A DNA stretch of 64,000 bases, taken from the NCBI GenBank assembly GCA_000708835.1, contig DF236966.1, forward strand, positions 248,001 through 312,000. Direction: 5' to 3'. The notes beneath the pieces were generated by a model. The model made no database searches, had not been told where the DNA came from, and was given only the letters and a program-made list of their open reading frames with translations. The position numbers were made by a program, and so were the translations under genes. Each line of letters begins with the position of its first letter. Within the stretch, counting starts at the first letter, position 1. Below, piece by piece: positions 12,501 through 23,594 of this stretch. The DNA comes from Klebsormidium nitens (taxonomy: Eukaryota > Plantae > Klebsormidiophyceae).

Positions 12501-15500
12501 GCATTTGGCATCGTGCTGTTGGAACTCATCACGGGGAGCCCCCCGCTCGACGAGACGCGCAGCGAGAGCCAGCAGCACATCATCGCATGGGTGAGTTCGG
12601 GCTCCCAACTTGTAGCTCTCCTCCGGTGCAAGAAAGGGTTTCGAAACTCTTCTGTGAAACGGTGTGGCGAAAGGATTTTAGGGAGAGTTTGTTTCAATAT
12701 TTGAGACTCTTTAGGGAGAGTTTGTTTCAAATATTCGAGACTCTGAGAGCCACCGTCTAAGTGGTGAGCGGGTCTTCAAACTCGAATCCCTGACGTCATT
12801 CTCGGTCGTGTCTCGAGCAATCCAGGAATCGCGCTGTGCTCGCATCATTAGATCGCGGTCCACTACGGTAATCCAGAACAGATGTGAGAGACACTGGGCG
12901 ATGTCAAATCCTCGACGGCCGATTCTACGAGTAGCCCCTACGGAATCTGATACACAAGCCAGCCTGAGAAAGCGGCAAGCCGTTTGCTCATCAGTCGCTC
13001 CATCAGTCCCTGCGCAACCCATCACAACGCTCGCCCTTGTCGACTGCAGGCAAAGCCCCACCTGGCCAACCGCGAGACGCTGACCGAGATCGTGGACCCG
13101 AAGCTCGGTAACAGAGCGCCTCTGGTAGAGCTTTACCAGGTAAGGCCATCCGAGCCGCATTGAAAAGCGCGAAGAAAGTGCTCAGGAATGTTAGAGAGCG
13201 TTCGACAGAGCGTGCAAAATGTTCGTGAAGCGTCGAGATCCGCTGCGGAAGTGCCTGCCTTGTGTGGTGGCGCGTTTATCGGAATTGGAAGTGTTTTCGA
13301 GGGTAGTCCTGTACTAAAGCGTTTGCTCCACGATGATTCTGCTCGCCTTCATGAAGCTGGAGAAAGGTGATCTCCCCCAACGGTTCTCACTCTGATTCCG
13401 GGCCGTCCAGGATCGGCATCTGATATGAATGTATTTTGCTGTGGCCTTTCTTGCGAAGAGGAAACCCCTTCCATTGCGCAAATTTAGTGCGACCAAAGGT
13501 CCCTAGTCAGAAAATGAGCACGTCTCGCTCTGACTAGAATGCCGTCTCGAGTAGATCATTGCACCACCTCAGTTTCCGCCACGAAGTCCTGCTGCAATCT
13601 GCTTTCGTTCTGGCTTTTTTGCCCGCCACTCAGCTGTTCTCCCGACATTCCGCCGTGACCCAATTCCGCTCCCCGCAGGTTGCTGCCGTCATCTCCATGT
13701 GCATCCAGCCCGATACTCGTCTGGGACACTCCTCGACCGTAGTTAAGCCTTTGCCTAAGATTCCGCTGGATTTCGATTCCGGCCCGGCATTCCGCCCTGA
13801 CCCAATTCCGCCCTCCCCAGGTCGCCGCCGTCATCTCCATGTGCATCCAGCCCGACGAGACCGTCCGCCCGCCCATGTCCACCGTCGTGCAAATGCTCGC
13901 GCCGCTGTCCGAAGCCCCTGACCCCGACGCGCCTTCGGAGTCCGGCCGGCCGGAATCCGGCTGGAGCGGGTCGAGCGGAACCGGGACGGACCGAGGGGCC
14001 GAGAGCAGCGGAAGCTTCCGGTCCAGGGGGTTCGGGAGAGGGACGGACTTTGGCTCTGGGAGGGGGGGTGGGCCGTTCCCGCCGGGAGGGGGGGGTCCGT
14101 TTCCCCCAGGCGCCGGGGGGGGTGTCGTAAGGCCGCTCATTATGACGCGGCCGGCGGGATATCAGGAATATGTGACGCCAGAAAACGCGGAGGGGCTGCA
14201 TCCGGTGCATATGTCGCCCGAAATAAGGGTGAGTCACGGGGAGTACTTAGTAGAAAGAGGGGCGGCGGAAGCTGCTTGTCGCTTTCTTATTCCTTTGCCA
14301 GTGCCAGCTTGTGTTTGCAGGCTTTTCCTGCGTAGACTTGGCCGGAAGCGGCGAACCCGTGTGTTGGTCTATTCTTGGAGTACCGGATCTCTTGTGAATC
14401 TTTCGCAGGCTGGTGTCAATCTGGTGCTAAAATTCCCCGGCAGCCTGATGTAAAGCTACATTCTCTTTTTTTGGGCAGCCTGCGGGCCGTCCGACGAACC
14501 CGTGGAGCGTCCGCATGCCGGAATACTGTCCTAATGCAAATATTGGACCTCTTTTGCGCTGGTTTGAGGCCGTTTTCCTTTCGTATAGAAGTGTCATTTT
14601 CTTTTCTCGGCAGCCTGCGGACCGTTCAACAAACCTGTGGAGCGTCCGCATGTTGGACTATTGGACCCTTGCAAATCACTGGAGTTCGTGTGGATCTCTT
14701 GAGCTTACGTAGATTCTGATCTTCAATTTCTCGGCAGCCTGCGGACCGTTCAACGAACCTGTGGAGCGTCCGCATGCCCGCGCGCCGAATCGATGCAAAT
14801 TTCGAAGGCTCGTGGACCTCTTTTGCGCTGGTGTGTGAAGCCGCATTTCATATGAACCGTTGATTTTTCCTCGGCAGCCTGCGGACCGTCCGACGAATCT
14901 GTGGAGCGTCCGCATGCCCGAGTACCGCATCCCGGTGGAGGTGCTGGAGCAGGTGGCGCGCTCGCGTGATGCGCGCGCGGAGAAGGAGAAGGAGCCCTGG
15001 TTCCGGAGAGAGAGGAAGGGGAAGCCGCGACCGCCGTCCAACAGCAGCAGCGAGAGCTCAAGTGAGCGCGAAAAGCACGTGCATCTAGAAGGGTTTGTTT
15101 GTCAATATTGACAAAACGAGAATGAAGGAACACCAGCGAGAATGAAAATGATTTCCCGAAACCATTCTGAGCGGCACGAATTTGAAATCACGTTTGGAGA
15201 GTGCCCACTTCTGCCTCTTGATAGGAAGGCGGCGTCGAAGGCGTGGCTGTTGTCAGAGGAGCAGCATTGAGAGCCTTACGTTAAGCAGGAAATGTTCACG
15301 ATGTTTCCCAATGCAATAGTATATTCAAAAGTATCTTGGAACAATGGTGCTCTTGAGTTTTGAGTTTGATAAAACAGAGGCCACGAAAAGCGAAGAGTAG
15401 TTTGTCTCCTTCTGCTCGTCCTAATCGAGAACTACTCTTCGAAACGAACATGAATTTAGAAGGGGCCACCTTCCCCGTTCTGGATCGGGCGTGCGAAAAT

Positions 15501-16368
15501 CAACGGTTCTCTTTTGCGCAGGTTCGGACCGGACGGACCAGTTGACTCCAGACAGCGTCCTGCGAGGGTCATGGAGCCGGCCACCGCAGCGGAAGCATGG
15601 GTCGCACCAGCAAGGGAGCCAGAACCCCGCCCCAGTTGGGCCGATTGCTGACGTGTCGCGGGCGCATACGAGTGTCAGGTCAGTGGCGGCTGTCGGAGTT
15701 ATAAGAGTCGATTGCCACCTCTTGGAAGAAGGACGTTCCACCTGCCCTCCGGTTTCGACTTTTGATCGATCTGGTGAGTAGGAAGCTGCTTTCGAACAGT
15801 ACTGGGACGGGTGGGGTCAGTTAAGGGATTTGAGTGGGTGCGGGTGCGGAGCCGGTGGACTTTTGGGTTAGGATTGTAGTTACACCCGAATTGGTTTCAT
15901 GTTTACTGAGGTTATGTTTACTAGGTGGAGAATTTTCCGAACTTTTGCCCGATTTTGTGCTGACCCTCCCTGCATCCCCAGCAGCGATTCTCTACGGGGC
16001 ACCAATGCCCACAAGGATTTCTTGGTGTTGCTAGCCGTTGAGATGCCGCTGTACAACTGACGTCACAAATGTCTTGTTCGCGTCAGCTCATCGCTGCTGA
16101 CCTTCTTCGGTGCAGCATGACGTTCGCCCCCGAGAGCGAGCCTTCGACCGACTTCGACGGTCGGGAACGATTACTGGATGACGTTCCTGAAGACAGTGGT
16201 GGTTTCGTCGATCAGCCCCGAGGAAACCGGACCGTGGGTACTCCCCCGGGGAGTCATTCCCCGGGGTCCAGAAGCCGGGGGGACGAGAGCCCGGGGAAGA
16301 GGAAGCGGGGGCCGGAGAATTCAGCGGATCGGAGGGCACGTGTGAGGAGTAAAAGCCAAGGCTCGTGA
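526..16368 (+). CDS. LRR receptor-like kinase: LRRNT, about 9 LRRs, Cys-rich module, SEA-like domain, TM, Pro-rich juxtamembrane region, degenerate kinase, long C-tail. The 5' signal-peptide exon was not located.
   Basis: Phase-consistent GT-AG exons: 526-667 ([20 protein letters not shown]); LRR exons 1405-1548, 2256-2327, 2908-2979, 3594-3737, 3916-3987, 4430-4501 (72/144 nt) and 5098-5163; 5694-5902; 6266-6456; 6806-7130 ([24 protein letters not shown]); 7560-7938; 8636-8924; 9267-9470 ([13 protein letters not shown]); 9775-9865; 10141-10234; 10662-10794 (HRDLSTSN); 11106-11283 (DFG); 12442-12590; 13050-13139; 13821-14228. Tail exons 14878-15061, 15522-15678 and 16116-16368 are phase-compatible but tentative. 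Confidence 0.9.
1637..1680. repeat. 17-bp near-palindromic tandem repeat (TTCCAATAATTGGAATC x2.6) in an RLK intron
   Basis: Units at 1637, 1654 and a partial at 1671, read directly. Confidence 0.85.
5531..5610 (+). repeat. Intronic decayed copy of the 3' splice site plus first ~60 nt of RLK exon 5694-5902
   Basis: CCAG|GGCGTTCGATAACCGACTTACGGCCCC versus the genuine CCAG|GGCGTTTGGTAACCGACTTACGGCCCC. The copy frameshifts and reaches a stop. Confidence 0.85.
8430..8475 (+). repeat. Intronic copy of the start of RLK exon 8636-8924
   Basis: GTGAGGAGGTCGCCTTCGAGCCCCCC is identical at ~8448 and ~8644. Confidence 0.85.
11247..12215 (+). repeat. Tandem array of ~105-bp units, each containing the end of the DFG exon plus its 5' splice site; spans an N gap
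   Basis: Variants of GC(A/G)AGCCCGGGCATGCGCAGTGGGGCCGC...GAAG|GTGAG start at ~11257 (genuine), 11356, 11952, 12064 and 12163. A further donor half follows the gap at 11883. Confidence 0.85.
11423..11882. other. Assembly gap (460 N) inside the repeat array
   Basis: Run of N. Confidence 1.
12677..12746. repeat. ~33-bp tandem duplication in an RLK intron
   Basis: TTTAGGGAGAGTTTGTTTCAA(A)TATT(T/C)GAGACTC occurs twice in tandem. Confidence 0.85.
13655..13720 (+). repeat. Intronic copy of the acceptor plus start of RLK exon 13821
   Basis: CCCAATTCCGCTCCCCGCAG|GTTGCTGCCGTCATCTCCATGTGCATCCAGCCCGA versus the genuine CCCAATTCCGCCCTCCCCAG|GTCGCCGCCGTCATCTCCATGTGCATCCAGCCCGA. Confidence 0.9.
14465..14925 (+). 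repeat. Four tandem ~130-bp units, each carrying an acceptor plus the exon start encoding [13 protein letters not shown] or a variant
   Basis: GGCAG|CCTGCGG(A/G)CCGT...GTGGAGCGTCCGCATG with exon-like starts at 14479, 14614, 14738 and 14878. Only the last stays open into the downstream coding sequence. Confidence 0.9.
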
Positions 16369-17353
16369 CCATGAGCGGTTGGGGCTGGGATGAGAAGGGT
16401 GAATAAGAATAGATATGCGAGATGAACGGTTGGCCCTGGTAACTGCTCGGAGATCCGGAGTGGTGCCAATGCTTGCAATAAAGTAAAGGTGTTAGACGTT
16501 AGCGCTTTTCTTGCGGACTGATATCATGCTCATCAGAGCTACTGGATGCGGAGGTCATTGCTACTGTAGACACGCATGCTCGTTTACCGCGGCGATCTGC
16601 CATAAGCGAGGAGCTTTCCGGATGTTTTGGATAGAATTCAGAAGCAGGCGAAAAGTGTGCCGTTGAGAGACGACGGTGGCTGTTTCGGTTTTCCAGGTTT
16701 TCAAGGAGAGGGTGGCGGCAGCTAGGACAGAATGGATTAGTGTTAGCGAATGGGTACAATACCACGTGTGCCGTCATGCTGTTGCATGAGAAACACCGAT
16801 GGTAGATACGGTAGTGACAGTCAAGCTGATTTTATCTGCATGCATAGAGTTTTGGCATATATGCTATGCCAGCTATGAAGAAGATGAAGGTGGCATCAAC
16901 TCGAGTTGAGCCCACAACTGATTCTCCGGTTTCAACTTTTGAGCAAACCTCAAATAGGCAGCCAAATCGCATCTTTGTGGCCGGATCCATATAGACTCAG
17001 GCTGGTGCCAGCATGTGCCAGTACGGTATCGCTGAGTGGGCAATTAGTTAAGAGCTAGCATGAAGTTCGCTTGTCGATTAAATGAACTTTTACAACTCGT
17101 ACATACAGTGCACCACAATGATGATGATCTGGGGTCAGCCATGCATGAGCGCGCGCAAAACCATATTCAATGGACCAAGCTGCACACTGCCATTTACAAC
17201 TGCTGAATCATGTGCCTGTCGATCAGACCGGCCATGCATTCCTTTGCAAACAACGTTGCGTGACCTGGCACTGTTTACGCCATGGCTAATCTGCCTTCAT
17301 GTCCACGAAGGTCCGACTCAAAACCTCCGTTGAAGCCAACTGAACCGAGCAGA

Positions 17354-17411
17354 GAACCATGACCGTCTATACACCAGTTCGTGAACCATGACCGTCTATA
17401 CACCAGTTCGT
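17354..17411. repeat. Exact 29-bp tandem duplication
   Basis: GAACCATGACCGTCTATACACCAGTTCGT x2 with no spacer. Confidence 0.9.
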
Positions 17412-17655
17412 GTAAACAAATGAGGTTGTCTCCCCGGTCATGATGTTCCTACAAAGGGGTTGCCCCAAATTACAAAAAATCAGCTAGAACTTATTCCACT
17501 ACGATTGAGTTGCACCCAACGAACCGTGCGCTCAAATATCTGCAAAGGATCGCACTCAAACGCCAAATGAAAATTCCGCAACAGCAAATCGTGAATATTG
17601 CACAGCTTATTGTACACAGCTTGCTCCTAGCGCGTGTGCCTGCCACTCCCGGTTG

Positions 17656-19910
17656 TTACTTGTACTTATCCATGATACGTTTCGCTTCTGCTAACGAGTC
17701 GTCGTCTGAAGCCCCATCTCCACCGCTCCCGGAGTCATCGCTCTTCTTTGCATACATGAAGGCTGCATATGCAAGTCCTCCAACAACCTGCGCAGAAGTC
17801 AATACCGCTCAGTGTTTGAAGGGAGGAGAGGCCGTTTCTTGCTTGTGCTTGAGGCGTTTCTGCCCAGCATATCAGAAAGATGGGTGATGAATTTTAGAAA
17901 GCTAGTCAAAAGGTGCATGAAAGGTAAGCAGAGACTTGCAGCGGCGAAAACGGGATCCTCTCGAAATTGAAACAGCGCATTGTTTAAAGCGAATCACGAT
18001 TCAGAAATGTGTTTTTTCACTTTTGCAGATACCCGTTCGTGTTTGCAAAGCGGAGAGCCCTTCTCTTCGAGAAGAGAAAGAGATCAAGGACAGAATCAAA
18101 CGAGTGGGAAACAAGAGAGCCCCAATCACCTGAGGCTCGCTGTCTGGACCAGCAACTTTAGCTCAAAGAATTTTCTTTCCGACCATTTGCAGCAGCGCTC
18201 GAGCAGGAGACAATGCGAGCAAAACGTGGATCCGCTGGGACTCAATGGGAACCAACCAAGTTTTGACCTAGTTTCAAATTCGGCATCCTTTACACATGGC
18301 CTGGTGAATTAGACCTTTGCATATTTGACAGAGAGCTTTATTCCATGACACTGCCCCTGCTTGCAAATGACACAGGTGCGTTATCCTCAATCCACATGGT
18401 AAATAAAAGCTTCCCTTCTGGTTCGAGCACGCAAAATACCTTCAGCCATATCGACCAGAGAAAACACTTACCACCAGTGTGACAGCCGTGGAAACGATGC
18501 TCTTTAATAAGGACAGCAGAACCAGGCCCCCAACCACCACGACGCCGGTGCTAGCCACAGGCCTGGGAATAGAACTCTGCAAACAGTGCAATTGTCAGTA
18601 CGGAGGCGCTCTCAGACAGCAGGACTGAAGATATCACAAAAAGGTGATAACTTTTGGCGTGGCGGGGCTTTAGGAGTGCGAGTCCGCAGGCGGAGTGTTG
18701 TGAGGAAGCCATGTTAACCCAAGTGCAGAACAGAGATCAAGCAAACGGCCATTGTTGTGATGGACTCTTGGGATTCTTCGATCGACTTTCGAATCCCACT
18801 GCAAAAATCGTCGACCTCAAGGATAGTCCTGATATAGCCCCAAAATTTAGACAGTAGATTCCGAACCGGTAAGTTGCTGCTCAAACCGGACTGCACATAC
18901 CTCCATTAATCTCTGCTGTAAAGGATCTCGAGATAGTGTCATAGCAGCAACACGCAATATGAGAATTAATTCTCTTATAGGAGTAGAGACATAAACCAAA
19001 ATCTCCCAGAATTGTTGGACAGTCGACGAGCGCCCCAAAGGACACAAACATGAATCATCACAGCTTTGATTGTGAAGGTTGTTTTGAGACGCTGATTCTC
19101 ACCGGGACTAGGTCGGTTGCCACCTTGAGCCCGGTCTTGCCGGTGCCGATGACCGTTTCTATGACTGGGGAAGACATTGAAAGAGAGGCTTACAAGGGGC
19201 AGGAGAAAGCTCGGACAAAGCGAGATTCATGGACAACACAATATACGAAACACGGATTATTGATGGTAAACAAAAGGATCGAGGCACAAGAGCTCTTTTG
19301 CAGGCAGAAGAACAGATCTCTGGGTTACCAACGGACATAAGCATCTGATGATATGCAACAGGCGTGCGACGGGCCCGTGGTGCAAGCATAGGCTTAACTC
19401 CACTTTAACATCGAGCAATCAGTATAAACGATGATATTTAAGGCGCAATCACGGAGCCTTTAAGCCAACCCACACGCCAACCTTACGCACACCCACACCA
19501 ACATCAACAAGATGCAGATTCCGCTTGATCTATCTTTAAGGGGAACCTATTTTTAGTGGCGGAGCAATTTAGAAAGAAGTGCAGCGACCACACAAACAAG
19601 ATTGGTAGCCTGAGTGAGACGCCTCACGCTTGTTGCCCGACTTTGCTTCAATTGCCCTCTTTCTCAAGGAGGGCACCCCTGCTTTCTGCAAAACTTCCTG
19701 CAAGACTGGCCTCCCAGACAAAAACGAGACCGTGCCCAGGAACCTGGTATGACACAAATTGGAACACAGAGGTGCTCTTAATGCGCAACGCTGTACCGTT
19801 GGCAGGCCTCGGTCATTGGCGCGCGTGCTGTGATGCCGTGACAGCTGTGTGGAAGAAGGCGTGCAATGAAGAGCGGACAACCTGGCTGCGCAGGACGCAG
19901 TCGCAGCCAT
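17656..19910 (-). CDS. Small predicted chloroplast membrane protein of unknown function (~190 aa)
   Basis: Four phase-consistent exons: 19910-19628, 19164-19103, 18576-18472, 17787-17656. They give an Ala/Ser/Arg-rich transit-peptide-like N-terminus (MAATASCAARLSALHC...), a hydrophobic hairpin (GVVVVGGLVLLSLLKSIVSTAVTLVVVGGLAYAAFMYA) and the C-terminus DDDSLAEAKRIMDKYK*. Confidence 0.75.
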
Positions 19911-20341
19911 TGTGGGCAGGTCGCACTGTCTGCCCGCTTTCTTGATTGTTGGGCCTTCTTCTTCCTTCTGTCAGGGTTCCAGCTTGACCAAGGCGCCTTC
20001 TTTCTGAGTTTACTCGACGTGCAGAACTACCTAGATGTTTGTGTGGGCGCTCAAGCTGTGGTTGGACTGGGGCGCCAATTTTGGAGACGATTTACGCCAG
20101 TGTTTTCAAGAGCGAAAACTGTAACGTCAGGTCATGCTCTGCCGCTAGCGTTTCACTGCACTTTCAAAGCTCTGTGGACTCTGCTCCTCCGGCCCTGGGC
20201 CTGGGCAGAAATCAGCTGCATGGGAAAGTTGTGCACTGCATGAAAATTGAAATTGCGAGCTTGTCTCGCGAGCTGTATTCTGCCAGTTTACTATGCAGTG
20301 AGGTTTTCTGTTGCAGCTGATCCTGGGCCGCCCAACCAGCT

Positions 20342-20536
20342 ATGTTGCGCAGGCGCCCTACCCGCATCGAGCTGAAGCCAGAGGACAAAGAAGAGTACGA
20401 GGAGATTCGAGCAGAAAGGGCGGCTGCTGAGGCAGCGGCGGCGGCCAAAGCGCCCGGTGGCATCGAGCTCTCGCCCTTCAATATAAGGGCCCACCAGAAG
20501 CAGACTGTGCAGCAGAGAATCGGGTTCAAGGGCTAA
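20342..20536 (+). CDS. CDC26: APC/C subunit CDC26 (APC12), intronless upstream ORF
   Basis: MLRRRPTRIELKPEDKEEYEE matches the CDC26 N-terminal signature. 64 aa, directly upstream of TTM3. Confidence 0.92.
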   Translation: MLRRRPTRIELKPEDKEEYEEIRAERAAAEAAAAAKAPGGIELSPFNIRAHQKQTVQQRIGFKG

Positions 20537-20795
20537 GAGTCGCCAGTCAATTGTCCACTGGTTTGCGTGCACCGGTTTGCAGCAGCGCAAAGTGACCAAC
20601 GGTCAAGCTTCAAGCAAGAGAGTGGAGCAGGGGATTGTGCATCTTCAGGGACTACTGAGCAGTGGGGGTGCGCAAAAGAAGTTCTGAGAGCTTCTGAATT
20701 TTCTATCGGAAAATACCAGCAAACCATCTGAAATTGGACCTCCGCGGTGGCAATCGGTGGCAAGCGTACTGGAGTGGTGCATGAAAGGGTCAGTG

Positions 20796-23594
20796 ATGGA
20801 GGTTGAGGTCAAGCTGCGCCTGCCTTCGGCTGAAGCCCATGCCAAGATTGCAAAGCTGCTCGAACCGAACCATGAAGTCACACACCTGCAGGAGAACGTG
20901 TTCTTTGACGGAGCTAATGAGGAGCTGTGAGTCAGCACTCCTTTCGTTGTGAGAGCAGGACCAGCTTGTTACTGCAGCCTGTTGCAAGCAAGTAGCTGGT
21001 CAATCAGGCCACTGAGTGGCTTGAAATACGCCTTGAAAGGGCGAAGTACAAAGTGGCAGACTTGTGAGGAAGGGCGCAAATATCATCTCCAGACTTTGAA
21101 AGTCAGACTCGTCACAAACTGCTTTCAAAGCTATACGTCGTGAAGCTGGCTAGTGACTAAGGGGGTCTTCGCTTTAGTTCCAGTTGGGTAGTCCTTGGCC
21201 CCGTCGCTTGAAGCAGGCGTGTGGGTCCTTTGGCTCTGGTTCCCGAAGCTTGTGCTTTGCCATTTTCTGTGTATATTTGATTGTATACTTCAATTGCTCA
21301 AAGCCTACATTGCTTGCAGGAGCGCAAATAGAGCTATCCTTCGCTTCCGGTTTTTCAACGGGGACGACAAGTGTATCATCACAGTCAAGAAGAAGACTAT
21401 TCTCACAGACGGAGTCGGCCGATCAGAAGAGGTCAGCCATCACTAAAAGCCTTCTGCTCTTAGTATTTGTTGTTGAATCCAGTCCTCTGTATTTGCTTAC
21501 AGTTGTCTGATTGCAGAGATCCACAAGAGCACAGTAGCCCTACAGTAGTCTGCGTCCTTACTGTTGAAAACTCGCTCGTACTTACAAAACTCCTGCTTTC
21601 TTACAAGTGCGGATAAAGCTGCTGTGCCAGCTGCTCCAGATTTGAGGTTTATGTGCACAAAGATCTCACAGATTTGCACGAGTCTTCAATACAAAGGATT
21701 GCGTTTGAAGATTGTAAGCAACAGTCCACTGAACTTCTCCTCATGCCTATTGTATAACTGGTAGACCCAAAATCAGGTCTGTCAACCAGACCATTCTTGA
21801 GTGCGATATTTTTGTGTATGCAGTTGGAGGAGGAGATTGAACCTGCACTAGCCAGGGCATGTGTTGTGGAGCCATCCAAGGTGTTGACTGCAGGATCCCC
21901 TTTGTTGAACCAAATGGTAAGGATATTCCTTTGGAGATGCCTCGTTGCTCCTTATGCGGTGAAATCTAGGAAAGAAACTACAGACGCAACAAGGAAAGCA
22001 TAGCAACAAGTTCGTACACCGACGTTTGAAGCTGAGCCCCAAGGTACTGTACTTCCTGTTGTGTGTCCCAGTGGGCTGCTCACGCCCCCCACACTGTTTT
22101 AGACAAGCAGTCCCACTCTGACAAGGTCTTATATACGTTTTCTGGTCGAAAACCCCGTCTATTCGCTTTGGCGTGCCCGCTTTGAAGGACTTACTTATCT
22201 AAGTCGGACGCTTCAGAGCAAAATGCGGGAAGCAGAAAGCGGTGTCAACGCGGTCACATCTGAGCAAGTAGTGTGTTGGTTTGACGGCTGGTGGACGTCT
22301 CCCCTTCGACATTTTCCTTGGAAGAGGAGGATCAAAATCTGAGAGAAGGATAAGGCCTGTTGATAAAGAACCCTGCTGGTGCAGGTTTCCGAGTACAAGT
22401 GTACCGGTTTCAAGTGTCTCGGGGGCTTCAAGAACGTGCGCCACGTGTACCACTGGAACGACCACAAGATCGAGCTAGACGAAACTCAGGTGCGCTCAAT
22501 GCTGCAAGAGAACGCGGCCTTTTCGAATACTGGAAAGTTTGACAAAGATCTTCGAATTACGAGCGACTGTTCCTCCTCAGCCTGGAGTTCGATGTTTCGT
22601 AGTGGATTATAGTATATGGTGTATGCGAGAAGAGAAGGGCACGCCTTTCCACCTGAAGCAAGATACGATCGAATCTCATTTTCTCAAAGTGGATCATCGT
22701 GTGTGGTCTGTGCATTTGAAGAAGGAAAGGGCGTGGGTGTCCATCTGTCGAACCTGATTTTGTCGAAGAAGCCCTGCTCCTTATCCACTCTCTCCGACTC
22801 CTGACTGTGATGAGGGGAGCGCTGGCCATCTGGCTCGACCGTCAGCCATTAAGACTAATCGTCAAAGAGATCTGACTACTTTGTAAACGTATGCAAGTCG
22901 AGGCTCCTTTGTAACTTGTTTCCAGCTTTAAGCGGGTTTGCAGGCAACCTTAGAGAGGTATCCATCTGCATACAATACTGATCAATGATCAAGGGTCGAC
23001 TGTGTGCATCCTCTTAGTCAGAGCATGTCATCTCCAAAAATGATGAGGGAGATCCAAAAGCCAAGCAAAAGAATCCTCGAAGCGTCTGCATCGTCCGAGT
23101 TGCTGGCTGCTTGCGAGCTTACCGTCGAAATTCTTTGACTGTTGCAGTATGACCATGGTACAGTGTACGAGCTGGAATGCGAATCAACTGAACCGGACAG
23201 GCTCAAGGCCTTGCTGTGAGTGCCCTCTTCGATACATTGAAGGTGCCAATGCTGAACTCTTACCCTGCAGTGCCTCGTTCTGTGCAAGAAGCAGCCGTTC
23301 CCGTTATGCATAGGTGGTATTCCATGATATTTTTGACAATCCACTTTCATTCACACAAGTCGTTCCCATTCTGGGCCTCAATTTTTCTCTGTGACCCGCT
23401 TTTTGATGTTAAGTGTTGAGAATTTTCGAAAAAATCTCGATGTTTGCGTCCTTACCTTTGCTCGCCTTTTGCCTGCTCTTGACGACTTTCGCTTCGTTCA
23501 TTCCAGAGAGGAGTTCCTCAGCGCACATGGAATTGCGTATGCTTACTCGACCAGCACAAAGTTTGCCAACTTCAAGAATCGTACTCTGATATGA
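20796..23594 (+). CDS. TTM3: Triphosphate tunnel metalloenzyme 3 (CYTH domain)
   Basis: Exons 20796-20926, 21320-21431, 21824-21916, 22385-22489, 23148-23215, 23507-23594. Motifs MEVEVKLRL (ExExK), [41 protein letters not shown]. An in-frame weak ATG also sits at 20781. Confidence 0.92.

Noticed and set aside
13556-14140. Long Pro/Gly-rich minus-strand ORF (similar cases at 7600-8025 and 62445-62813)
   Set aside because: These are antisense shadows of GC-rich or low-complexity exons of the RLK and PMI1 genes.
17354-17411. 29-bp direct repeat as a CRISPR-like array
   Set aside because: Only two copies, no spacer, eukaryotic context and no cas genes.
18127-18300. Transit-peptide-like minus-strand segment as an exon of the small plastid protein
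   Set aside because: It has an in-frame stop in the required phase, and exons 18576-18472 and 17787-17656 already join in frame without it.
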